Shown here piece after piece: positions 8,505 to 16,499 of a stretch of DNA of 32,000 nt. This DNA is from Nitrososphaera viennensis EN76. Lineage in GTDB: Archaea; Thermoproteota; Nitrososphaeria; Nitrososphaerales; Nitrososphaeraceae. The stretch spans positions 690,001 through 722,000 of the forward strand of contig NZ_CP007536.1 of assembly GCF_000698785.1 (NCBI RefSeq), read 5' to 3'. The position numbers and the translations under genes were made by a program. The notes beneath the pieces are model-generated. The model worked only from the letters and a program-made list of their open reading frames with translations. It searched no databases and was not told where the DNA came from. The stretch's first letter is position 1, and every line of letters begins with the position of its first letter.

Positions 8505-9335
8505 CTAGATCTCTTTCAGGTGGCTTTCATCGAATATGTCCGAGCCGTACCAGCGGTACCGGAAATAGTCGAGGCACCACTCGTGAAAGAGTGGATCGGT
8601 ACTGAAGAATATCATGTTCATGTCAGTTTCCCCTTTTTGCGTCGGAAACATCACGGCCGCCTGCTTTTCGTTCAGGATAACCGCGACCTGCACCCTGTCG
8701 ACCATCCTGCGCTCTATTGCGCCTTTTGTCAACAGCTCACTGTGGCCCAGCTTTTTCAGGAGGTCCTTCCTTCCCTTCGGGATGATGACGTTCTTTGGAA
8801 GCACGTAGCTGTATTTGACGCCCTTTTCCTTGACCCTGCTGAGCGCAGGCTCGATGAGATCGATGGGCACCTGCGGCACTATTTCATAGATGTATTCATC
8901 GGCCTCCCTGTAGATGTCCTTCCAGCGCTCCAGTATCGCCACCACGCCCTTGACAAACTCGCACTGGTCCAGCGCGCCAAGCCGCATGATGAACTTGAAT
9001 GGGAGCTCGCCGAGGATGTGCTCTGAAAAGTACTCCTTGTGCTTTGACAGGTAGTTGAACGTTGGGATCTGCTTGATTATAGTGTTGCCAAAGGTCGTGA
9101 GCGAGAATATGCCTTCTGGGTCCTTCTCTATCAGGCCGGCGTCCTGGAGGCGGTTGACGTTTCTGTGGGCCTCCTGCATCGTTATGTTGAGGTCCTTGGC
9201 AAGCTGCGATATCTTGGCCTTTTTCTCGTTCAGCCTGAACAGTATCGAGAGGCGCTGCTCGCTTGCAAGCTCGAAAAACGTCTTTTCGGTGTTGGCGTAG
9301 GCGCTGACAAGGTCTTCGTCATGGGCAGACGGCAT
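8505..9335 (-). CDS. ArsR-type winged-helix transcription regulator with FilR1/DUF1724-like C-terminal domain
   Basis: The N-terminal wHTH (ASEQRLSILFRLNEKKAKISQLAKDLNITMQEAHRNVNRLQDAGLIEKD) is followed by ~190 aa resembling the archaeal FilR1-middle/DUF1724 architecture. Confidence 0.8.
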   Translation of the reverse strand: MPSAHDEDLVSAYANTEKTFFELASEQRLSILFRLNEKKAKISQLAKDLNITMQEAHRNVNRLQDAGLIEKDPEGIFSLTTFGNTIIKQIPTFNYLSKHKEYFSEHILGELPFKFIMRLGALDQCEFVKGVVAILERWKDIYREADEYIYEIVPQVPIDLIEPALSRVKEKGVKYSYVLPKNVIIPKGRKDLLKKLGHSELLTKGAIERRMVDRVQVAVILNEKQAAVMFPTQKGETDMNMIFFSTDPLFHEWCLDYFRYRWYGSDIFDESHLKEI

Positions 9336-9385
9336 ATAGGATAATAAAGCAACAGGCCGACATCATTTTAAGCGTTGCCGGCTGG

Positions 9386-9613
9386 CTAGTGGTGGTTGTG
9401 GTGGGAGTGCTCCTCGGTGTGCGGGTGGGTGCGGTTTGACCTTATCGTGGTGTACCTGCCAAGCACGATGAGCGCGATGCCGACAGCGATGAGGATGAGG
9501 GCTGCGGGTATTGCAGCGACCCACGTTGCGTTCACCTGCGCCGCGAACATGAAGAGCGCTCCAAGAAAAGTCAGGGCGGCACCTGCGATTGTTTCGCCGT
9601 TGATCCGTTCCAT
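9386..9613 (-). CDS. Small two-TM membrane protein with His-rich C-terminal tail
   Basis: There are two hydrophobic segments (IAGAALTFLGALFMFAA and VAAIPAALILIAVGIALIVLG) and the tail RTHPHTEEHSHHNHH. It lies between two regulator genes on the same strand, with ~50-nt gaps on each side. Confidence 0.55.
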   Translation of the reverse strand: MERINGETIAGAALTFLGALFMFAAQVNATWVAAIPAALILIAVGIALIVLGRYTTIRSNRTHPHTEEHSHHNHH

Positions 9614-9666
9614 GATTGGTCAAAAATCACTGCAGACTGTATATTAATTTTTGTCAGAAGCGATTG

Positions 9667-10074
9667 CTACGATTGCTCGCGGATGAGTGTGCCCCTGCAC
9701 TGCTCGCAGACGGTCTCGTCGATGTTGGACTCGATGCTGTGGTGCACGTCGCATATCAAGAGCGAGTAGCGCATGTAGTTTGTCAGGCCCACGAATTTTG
9801 CGAGCGTGCTTGGAGTGTACGCCTTGTTGGTGGAAAGCTCGCGCGCAATGTCGTCAATCATGCGCATCACCTCGCGGATGCCTTCCAGTTTTGAGATAAG
9901 CTCGAGGTCTCCCCTCGTGCCCCGGACATAGTTGCTGACTGCCGCCTGCGTGATGCCAAGCACCCTTGCGACGTCTTCCTCCTTGAGCGAGTACTCTTTT
10001 ATCAGCTTCTTGGCAAGGATCGCCCTCACGGCAGGGATAAGCGACTTGGCTTCGATCTCGGAGGGGAGAAGCAT
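9667..10074 (-). CDS. HTH transcription regulator (archaeal COG2522-like) with C-terminal Cys/His cluster
   Basis: HTH segment EEDVARVLGITQAAVSNYVRG; C-terminal LLICDVHHSIESNIDETVCEQCRG (C-x2-HH ... C-x2-C). An AT-rich promoter region lies upstream. Confidence 0.75.
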   Translation of the reverse strand: MLLPSEIEAKSLIPAVRAILAKKLIKEYSLKEEDVARVLGITQAAVSNYVRGTRGDLELISKLEGIREVMRMIDDIARELSTNKAYTPSTLAKFVGLTNYMRYSLLICDVHHSIESNIDETVCEQCRGTLIREQS

Positions 10075-10337
10075 GTTTTGCGGACAGAGGCAACTTTGGC
10101 TTTTTTCTATTTAATACTTACTATTTTGTACTCTTTTATAGAATGTGTTTAGGGCTCATTTCCTGCACAAGGGTTGCTTGGCGACCAACCCAAGTATTGA
10201 TCAAAGCTGCCTGCAAGCAATAAAATAATAATTTTATGCCAGTCGCGCGCGTGGTGCAGACAAAACGTGCATTATTCATCATGTTTATTTAAAACGAATG
10301 CTATTACAACTAATTTTGCTTATAATAAACTCATAGA

Positions 10338-12134
10338 ATGATGCTACCTAATGTTATTAATGAATTATCTACTGTCAGCCGCCACACCACCATGCGAATT
10401 TCAGCAACGGTGAACCACCCAACTAAAGGTCCGGACAAGAGAAGCATCCGCAAGCGGCTTGTTTTTTTAGGATTTGGCGCGATGCTGATGCTGTCTCTGC
10501 CGGCAGCCACAGGCATGGTCCCTTATTATGCAAGCGCGGCCCCGGCCTGCGCGGCGTTGCAGGTCACAAAGGCATCGGCGTCAGGAAATGACGGAAACGT
10601 GCCAAACAATACCATCGACGGCAAGCTTGGAACAAGATGGTCGAACCTAGGAAAAGGCTCGTGGATATCGATGGACCTCGGAGGGACTGTAAACGTCTGC
10701 CATGTTGACGTGGCCTGGTACAGGGGAGACACGAGGCAGAATGCGTTTGTAATATCGCATTCTTCCGACGGCAAGACATACAAACAGGACTATTCTGCCA
10801 AAAGCTCGGGCACGACTGCCGGCCTGCAGAGGTACGACTTTGCAGACGTCAGTGCAAGATACATCAGGATCACTGTAAACGGAAACACGGAAAACAACTG
10901 GGCGTCCATCACGGAAATCAAGGTATACGGGTACGTTTCAGGCGGCGGCACGCAGGACACGATCAGGCCCTTTGTAGCCATAGACCAGCCTGCAGACAAC
11001 AGCGAGATAGTCACGCCTTCTTCTACAACCACCACGGCCGCAGTCAGCATCAAGGGCAAGGCGTCAGACCTGGGCAGCGGGATAAAGCTGGTCGAAGTCG
11101 GGACCGGGAGCAGCGCCTACCAGCCTGCGACGCCTGCCTCCCCGGGAGACTGGTCGACGTGGACCCACGCCCGTACGCTGTCGGTCGGAAACCACGTGAT
11201 AGTCGCACGCGCGACTGACAATGCAGGAAACCAGCAGGTGTTTACTGTCTCGGTAAAGGTTTCCCAAAAGCCGGCCAATACACCACCACCGATAACGCCG
11301 GGCCCAAGCCCCACGCCGTCCAAAGACAGGTTTGGCATCACAAAGCTAAACCCGACTGCCGCCGGCGGAATGGAATGGTCTTCAAGCTGGGACAACGGGC
11401 ATGCACGGACAATCGGCAACGCAATCGATCCGGATGACAAGTGGTTTGACACAGCACACGGGGAAGGGAGGTATGCCATCGACGGCAAGGGCACGCTGAC
11501 GGCGTCTGGCGACTTTGTCAGGATGTACGTACACGATCCTGCCAAGACGAGGGAGTGGTCGGAGAACCTGGAGATAACGCTGTACATCAAGAGAATCAGT
11601 GAAACAAGGACCCTCAGCTATTCCGGCCTTCAGCTGTTTGCGCGCACAAACCACGGCACTAACGGCAACGAAGAGTCCAACATCTGCGACGACCGCGGCT
11701 ACGGCGGCTTGGTGAACATCAACGGCCAGTGGTCGTTTGAAAAAGAGACGGCGCACCACCTGGACAATGGCTATGACGGCGCGGCGGGACAAAGGCCATC
11801 AGGCAACCTCCCTAAGGACACGTGGGTAGGCGTCAAGTTCGTCCTGCGCAACATGGACGACAACACCAAGGTAAAGCTTGAGCTGTACCGGGACATGACA
11901 GGAGGCGTAAACGGAGGCAACTGGCAAAAGGTAACAGAATTCATAGACAACGGCAAGAACTTCGGCAACGGCGCGTGCAAGTCAGGCGTAAACCCGGCGC
12001 TGCCGCTCATACACTCCTTCATAAACGCCAGCAGCGAAACAAAGAAGCCGATGCTTACTGTCTATGCAAGACACGAACACGGAACGATGGCGTACTCGGA
12101 CTTTACAATCAGGGAGATAAACGCCCTCCCCTAA
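10338..12134 (+). CDS. Secreted multidomain protein: signal peptide, F5/8 type C (discoidin) domain, Ig-like domain, Pro/Thr linker, beta-rich C-terminal domain of unassigned family
   Basis: Signal/anchor KRSIRKRLVFLGFGAMLMLSLPAATG. Discoidin-like NNTIDGKLGTRWSNLGKGSWISMDLGG...RYIRITVNGNTENNWASITEIKVYGY. Ig-like ...ARATDNAGNQ. Linker KPANTPPPITPGPSPTPSK. The start could instead be ATG 10392. Confidence 0.85.
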   Translation: MMLPNVINELSTVSRHTTMRISATVNHPTKGPDKRSIRKRLVFLGFGAMLMLSLPAATGMVPYYASAAPACAALQVTKASASGNDGNVPNNTIDGKLGTRWSNLGKGSWISMDLGGTVNVCHVDVAWYRGDTRQNAFVISHSSDGKTYKQDYSAKSSGTTAGLQRYDFADVSARYIRITVNGNTENNWASITEIKVYGYVSGGGTQDTIRPFVAIDQPADNSEIVTPSSTTTTAAVSIKGKASDLGSGIKLVEVGTGSSAYQPATPASPGDWSTWTHARTLSVGNHVIVARATDNAGNQQVFTVSVKVSQKPANTPPPITPGPSPTPSKDRFGITKLNPTAAGGMEWSSSWDNGHARTIGNAIDPDDKWFDTAHGEGRYAIDGKGTLTASGDFVRMYVHDPAKTREWSENLEITLYIKRISETRTLSYSGLQLFARTNHGTNGNEESNICDDRGYGGLVNINGQWSFEKETAHHLDNGYDGAAGQRPSGNLPKDTWVGVKFVLRNMDDNTKVKLELYRDMTGGVNGGNWQKVTEFIDNGKNFGNGACKSGVNPALPLIHSFINASSETKKPMLTVYARHEHGTMAYSDFTIREINALP

Positions 12135-12160
12135 CTTTTTTCTTTTTTTCTTCTTTCAAC
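12135..12160 (+). terminator. Oligo-T termination signal after the discoidin-domain gene
   Basis: CTTTTTTCTTTTTTTCTTCTTTC follows the TAA directly. Archaeal RNA polymerase terminates at oligo-dT tracts. Confidence 0.45.
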
Positions 12161-12273
12161 AATCAGGATTTTTTCTTGCCGCGCAAAAATATACCATGTA
12201 CGAATTGTTGCGCAAAAAAAAGACGGGCCGATTCAAACGCTATTTATAGACCGCAGCCATATTCCCAAAAAGC

Positions 12274-13320
12274 ATGAAGGCGGTTTTTGTCAAGGGCCAC
12301 AGCGCCGTTTCAGTCGACGAGATAAATGCTCCAGAGATGGCAAGCGAGGGCGACGTGCTGGTGCGCATGCGCGCCTGCGGCCTCTGCGGCTCTGACCTGG
12401 AGAAGGTTTATGGCGAGTACGGCATGTCGTCTGGCAGGCTGGGCCACGAGCCGGCTGGCGAAGTAGTTGCAGTCGGAAAAAACGCCATGGGCTTTGCGCC
12501 CGGCGACCGCGTGTTCATACACCACCACGTGCCGTGCTATTCCTGCCACTACTGCCTGCACGGCGACTACACCATGTGCCCCGAGTACCAGAAAAGCAAC
12601 ATTTCGCCCTGCGGCCTTGCGGAGCAGTTCATTGTGCCCGAATGGAACGTGTCAAGGGGCGGCCTGATAAAACTTCCCGCAGGCATGACTTTTGATGAGG
12701 CGTCGCTTGTCGAGCCACTGGCGTGCTGCATCAGGGCGTGGAACAAGTGCGATTTCCAGCGCGGCGACGACATTGCGGTGCTTGGCGCCGGCCCCGCAGG
12801 GTTGATGCACGTCATCCTTGCAAAAGCGTTTGGCGCAGGCAGGGTGTTTGTATCAGACATTAACGATTTCAGGCTTGACTTTGCCAGGAAAAAGTACGGC
12901 ATCGAGACGTTCAATTCCATTTCAACCCCCGACTTTGCCCAGAAAATCAAAGAGCAGACTGCCGGGCGCGGGGTCGACATTGCAGTCGTGGCGACAGGAA
13001 GCACCAAAGCGCTGTTGCAGTCGTTTGACATGACAAGGCGCGCAGGCAAGATAGTGATGTTTGGTGTTCCGCCCAAGGGCTCGGCCATGTCGTACGACAT
13101 GAGCAAACTTTACTCAAACGAGCACTCGCTCATCCCAAGCTACGCAGCGTCAGAGGTCGAGACGAACCAGGCGATAAAACTGATAGCGGAAAAGCGCATC
13201 GACATCGCGTCGCTCATCACGCACCGCTTTGACATCAGCGACGCGTCTGCCGCGATAAAATGCGCGCACGAGGCCAAGGACGCGATGAAGGTCATCGTGA
13301 CCACAGGGAATAATACATAA
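12274..13320 (+). CDS. Zinc-dependent medium-chain dehydrogenase (threonine/sorbitol/polyol-phosphate dehydrogenase-like)
   Basis: CGLCGSDLE and GHEPAGEVVAVGK catalytic-zinc motifs, the structural-zinc Cys cluster CYSCHYCLHGDYTMC, and the Rossmann motif VLGAGPAGL. A TATA TTTATA (12243-12248) lies ~29 nt before the ATG, suggesting a leaderless transcript. Confidence 0.9.
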   Translation: MKAVFVKGHSAVSVDEINAPEMASEGDVLVRMRACGLCGSDLEKVYGEYGMSSGRLGHEPAGEVVAVGKNAMGFAPGDRVFIHHHVPCYSCHYCLHGDYTMCPEYQKSNISPCGLAEQFIVPEWNVSRGGLIKLPAGMTFDEASLVEPLACCIRAWNKCDFQRGDDIAVLGAGPAGLMHVILAKAFGAGRVFVSDINDFRLDFARKKYGIETFNSISTPDFAQKIKEQTAGRGVDIAVVATGSTKALLQSFDMTRRAGKIVMFGVPPKGSAMSYDMSKLYSNEHSLIPSYAASEVETNQAIKLIAEKRIDIASLITHRFDISDASAAIKCAHEAKDAMKVIVTTGNNT

Positions 13321-13353
13321 ATAATAAAAATAGCCATTCCCCGCCGATAGCAA

Positions 13354-14199
13354 ATGGACTGGGGAATGAAAAACCGCCTGTCAAAGATAATTCGCCCTCA
13401 AGACGGCCGCTGCCTCATGCTTGCAGTCGACCACGGCTATTTCCTTGGCCCCACGGAGCGCCTGGAAAACGCCGCCAAGACAATAGCCCCGCTTCTCCCG
13501 TACGCTGATTCTCTGATGCTTACCCGCGGGATCTTGCGCAACTGCGTCCCTGCAGAGCGGGACATACCGATAGTGCTTCGCGTCTCTGGCGGGACGAGCA
13601 TCGTCGGTGAGGACCTGTCAAAAGAGACAATAACTACCTCCATCGAGGAGGCGATCAAGCTCAATGTGTCGTGCCTTGCGCTTTCAATATTTGTCGGAAG
13701 CAAGTACGAGCATCAAACACTGGCAAGCCTTGGCAAGCTAGTCGACGAGGGAGAAAAATACGGCATCCCGGTCCTTGCAGTCACCGCGGTAGGAAAGGAG
13801 ATGGGCCGCGACGCCCGCTACCTCGGCCTTGCGTGCAGGGTGGCAGCTGAACTTGGCGCGCATGTTGTAAAAACGTACTATTGCGACAACTTTGAAAAAG
13901 TCGTCGAGGCGTGCCCAGTCCCGCTTGTGGTGGCAGGAGGAAAGAAGCTGCCCGAGATGGACGCGCTCAAGCTTGCGCACGACGCGGTCACGCACGGAGC
14001 GTCAGGGGTCGACATGGGCAGGAACATCTGGCAGTCCGACTACCCCGTTGCCATGGTAAAGGCAGTCAAGGCAATCGTGCACGGCAAGGCAGACGTCAAG
14101 GAGGCTTATGACGTGTTTCTGCGCGAGCGCGAAAAGGCCAAGACAAAAGAGCCGCAAAAGATTGTAAAGGCGATAAGCAGATCGGCCGACTTCGACTAG
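13354..14199 (+). CDS. Class I aldolase of the DhnA/FbaB/LsrF (DeoC/LacD) family
   Basis: The N-terminus MDWGMKNRLSKIIRPQDGRCLMLAVDHGYFLGPT, plus AHVVKTYY (Schiff-base Lys region) and GASGVDMGRNIWQSDYPVAMVKAV, closely resemble E. coli LsrF as I recall it. Archaeal FBP aldolase and ADH synthase belong to the same fold family, so specificity is unresolved. Confidence 0.88.
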   Translation: MDWGMKNRLSKIIRPQDGRCLMLAVDHGYFLGPTERLENAAKTIAPLLPYADSLMLTRGILRNCVPAERDIPIVLRVSGGTSIVGEDLSKETITTSIEEAIKLNVSCLALSIFVGSKYEHQTLASLGKLVDEGEKYGIPVLAVTAVGKEMGRDARYLGLACRVAAELGAHVVKTYYCDNFEKVVEACPVPLVVAGGKKLPEMDALKLAHDAVTHGASGVDMGRNIWQSDYPVAMVKAVKAIVHGKADVKEAYDVFLREREKAKTKEPQKIVKAISRSADFD

Positions 14200-14627
14200 C
14201 CAGGCATTTTGGAAAAGTGCTGGTGGAGCATCTTCCACCCACCGCCACTCTTTTTGTCTTTTTGAAATACTATTGTGACGCGCGACTTGTTGTTGATCGC
14301 AGTCCCGCGGAAGCTATAGTCGTCGACAATGATGCCTGTGCTCTCTAGCGCAAATGTCGCAATCGCGACATCGCCCGCCACTATTTCGATCCTTAGATCG
14401 TTTATCTTAAAGTCATAATCAGAGATGCTTGCAAACTGCAGCTGCTCCAGCATGAGCGCCCTGTCGATATCGCGCAGGTCGTACGGCGGCGAGTCGCCAA
14501 ACTTTGTAAACCGCTCGGCAAAAAAGTCAGGTATCCCCTCTATCTCCTTGCTCTTGGCTATCTGGAAATATTTGTAAATCAGGTCCCTAATTTTGGCGGA
14601 ATCCGTCACGGACAATATAATGTTCAT
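14196..14627 (-). CDS. NTF2-like / SnoaL-like (DUF4440-type) protein
   Basis: 143 aa with the alpha+beta cone pattern typical of NTF2-fold proteins (...GDVAIATFALESTG...SRVTIVFQKDKKSGGGWKMLHQHFS). The palindromic TATA TTTATAAA lies ~24 nt upstream of ATG 14627. The 3' end overlaps the aldolase gene by 4 nt. Confidence 0.65.
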   Translation of the reverse strand: MNIILSVTDSAKIRDLIYKYFQIAKSKEIEGIPDFFAERFTKFGDSPPYDLRDIDRALMLEQLQFASISDYDFKINDLRIEIVAGDVAIATFALESTGIIVDDYSFRGTAINNKSRVTIVFQKDKKSGGGWKMLHQHFSKMPG

Positions 14628-14644
14628 TGGCAGGTAGAGTACAA

Positions 14645-14660
14645 AACTTTATAAATTATA
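14645..14660. promoter_or_regulatory. Palindromic TATA box (TTTATAAA, 14648-14655), apparently serving divergent leaderless transcripts
   Basis: It is centred ~24 nt from minus-strand ATG 14627 and ~28 nt from plus-strand ATG 14680. No other strong TATA element lies between 14628 and the ilvB start. Confidence 0.5.
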
Positions 14661-14679
14661 TCACTACAATCCATTCTAG

Positions 14680-14748
14680 ATGCCCCACACAGGCAGCGAG
14701 CGTTCTAGGCACAAGGTTAAGATTCTGGTCCTGTTGCTACTTGCCTAG
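14680..14748 (+). promoter_or_regulatory. Candidate leader peptide uORF (22 codons, MPHTGSERSRHKVKILVLLLLA) of the ilvBN-leuAB operon
   Basis: The ATG sits at the predicted transcription start. Seven consecutive Ile/Leu/Val codons occupy 14722-14742, and the stop TAG lies inside the 3' arm of an 8-bp inverted repeat. See findings. Confidence 0.4.
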
Positions 14749-14807
14749 ACAAATCTCTGCTGACCAGCGGGCGTTTGTCTTGAAGAATCATGGTGACAAT
14801 GTAAAAA

Positions 14808-16496
14808 ATGGTTGAAATGACCGGCGCAAAAGCGTTGATCCATGCCCTCGAGAAGGAGGGCGTAGACATAGTCTTTGGACTTCCCGGCGGAGCAAACCTC
14901 CCGATATACGACGCGCTCGTTGGCGCAAACCTCCGCCACATACTCGTGAGGCATGAGCAGTCTGCCGCGCACATGGCCGACGGCTATGCGAGGATAAAGA
15001 GGAAATCCGGCGTGTGCTTTGCCACCTCCGGCCCGGGAGCCACCAACATCATAACCGGCCTTGCCACAGCCCATGCGGATTCCATACCGATGGTCGCAGT
15101 GACAGGACAGGTGGCACTCCCAATGATAGGCAAGGACGCCTTCCAGGAGACAGACATCATAGGCATAGCAAACCCCTGCACGAAATATTCGTTCCAGCCA
15201 AGGGCGCCCGGCGAGATCCCTGAGATGGTGAAAAAGGCGTTCTACATTGCCGAGAGCGGAAGGCCGGGGCCGGTGCTTGTCGACATCCCAAAGGACGTGC
15301 AGCAGGCGACCGCTGACATGAAGTTCCCGGACCTCATCAAGGTGAGGGGCTACAACCCTGTGATAGATGCAGACCTTTCCGAGGTCGGAAAGGCGGTGGA
15401 ACTCATCTTGAAGGCCGAGCGCCCGATCATCATGGCAGGTGGCGGCGTCATACTCTCTGGCGCGTTTGCAGAGCTCCAGACGCTTGCCGAGCTTCTCATG
15501 ATACCCGTCGTTACAACGTTCAAGGGCAAGGGCGCGTTCCCAGAGAACCACCCGCTTGCGATGGGCCCGATAGGCATGCACGGCCATGCAGAGGCAAACA
15601 AGATAATCATCGAGGCAGACTGCATCATAGCAATAGGCGCAAGGTTCTCTGACAGGTCGGTGGGCCGCTTTGACGAGTTTGGCAAGGGCATGAGCATCAT
15701 CCACATGGACATCGACCCTGCCGAGATTGGCAAGAACAAGTCAGTCGACGTCGCAATAGTTGGAGACGTAAAATCGTCGTTGCGCACGCTAGTAAAACTG
15801 CTCACGAAAAAGGTGACAAAGAAAGACCCCGAGAACCCTTGGCTCAGGCGCAAGAAGGAGCTTGTGCAGTATTTTGCAGAGAACCTCAAGGACTATCCCC
15901 GCGAGATAACTGCCAAAAAGTCGCTCAAGAAGTTGCGCGAGCTCTTGCCGGCGCAGGGCATAGTGACCACCGAGGTGGGCCAGTGCCAGATGTGGGCTTC
16001 GCTCCACTTTGACGTGATAGCGCCCGGCACGTTCTTTAGCTCGACCGGCCTTGGCACGATGGGCTTTGGCTTTCCGGCATCGATAGGGGCAAAGGCAGCA
16101 AGGCCTGAAGTGCCGGTGGTCGACATTGCCGGCGACGGCTCGTTCAACATGACCGAGAACTCGCTTGCAGTGTCGGTAATTGAGAAGCTGCCGGTCATAG
16201 TATTTCTCATGAACAACTACATGCTCGGCATGGTAGCGCAGTGGCAGCGCACGTTCTACAACCGCAGGTACAGCGGCGTTCACCAGCACCACTGCCCCGA
16301 CTATGTCAAGGTGGCCGAGGCGTACGGTGCGCAGGGGATCCGCGCCCAGTCGATGGCAGAGCTAGAGAAGGCGATCAAGACGGCAATAAAGAGCGATGTT
16401 GCGACTGTGATTGACATACCGATTGACCCAGACGAAGACGTCTACCCGTTCGTGGCGCCGGGGACAAGCCTCAAGGACATGATAACAGGAGGCTAG
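14808..16496 (+). CDS. ilvB: Acetolactate synthase (acetohydroxyacid synthase) large catalytic subunit
   Basis: N-terminus TGAKALIHALEKEGVDIVFGLPGG, ThDP motif IAGDGSFNMTENSL...NN, and the expected length and domain order. A GGTGA SD-like element (14792-14796) lies 11 nt upstream. The second ATG at 14817 is an alternative start. Confidence 0.95.
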   Translation: MVEMTGAKALIHALEKEGVDIVFGLPGGANLPIYDALVGANLRHILVRHEQSAAHMADGYARIKRKSGVCFATSGPGATNIITGLATAHADSIPMVAVTGQVALPMIGKDAFQETDIIGIANPCTKYSFQPRAPGEIPEMVKKAFYIAESGRPGPVLVDIPKDVQQATADMKFPDLIKVRGYNPVIDADLSEVGKAVELILKAERPIIMAGGGVILSGAFAELQTLAELLMIPVVTTFKGKGAFPENHPLAMGPIGMHGHAEANKIIIEADCIIAIGARFSDRSVGRFDEFGKGMSIIHMDIDPAEIGKNKSVDVAIVGDVKSSLRTLVKLLTKKVTKKDPENPWLRRKKELVQYFAENLKDYPREITAKKSLKKLRELLPAQGIVTTEVGQCQMWASLHFDVIAPGTFFSSTGLGTMGFGFPASIGAKAARPEVPVVDIAGDGSFNMTENSLAVSVIEKLPVIVFLMNNYMLGMVAQWQRTFYNRRYSGVHQHHCPDYVKVAEAYGAQGIRAQSMAELEKAIKTAIKSDVATVIDIPIDPDEDVYPFVAPGTSLKDMITGG

Positions 16497-16499
16497 AAT

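Noticed and set aside
12171-12222. Inverted repeat GCGCAA...TTGCGC followed by an A8 run, between the discoidin-domain gene and the Zn-dehydrogenase.
   Set aside because: The stem is short (6 bp) with a ~25-nt loop. It lies downstream of an already adequate oligo-T terminator and has no flanking gene on the strand where it would act as a terminator.
14745-15704. A 319-aa ORF antisense to ilvB, and similar long shadow ORFs: 7307-8380 (+), 16915-17685 (-), 21615-22478 (-), 26163-27041 (-), 29120-30484 (+), 659-1240 (+).
   Set aside because: The opposite strand or frame encodes unmistakable conserved enzymes. The shadow translations are Arg/Ala/His/Cys-rich and low in complexity, as expected for off-frame reading of moderately GC-rich coding DNA.
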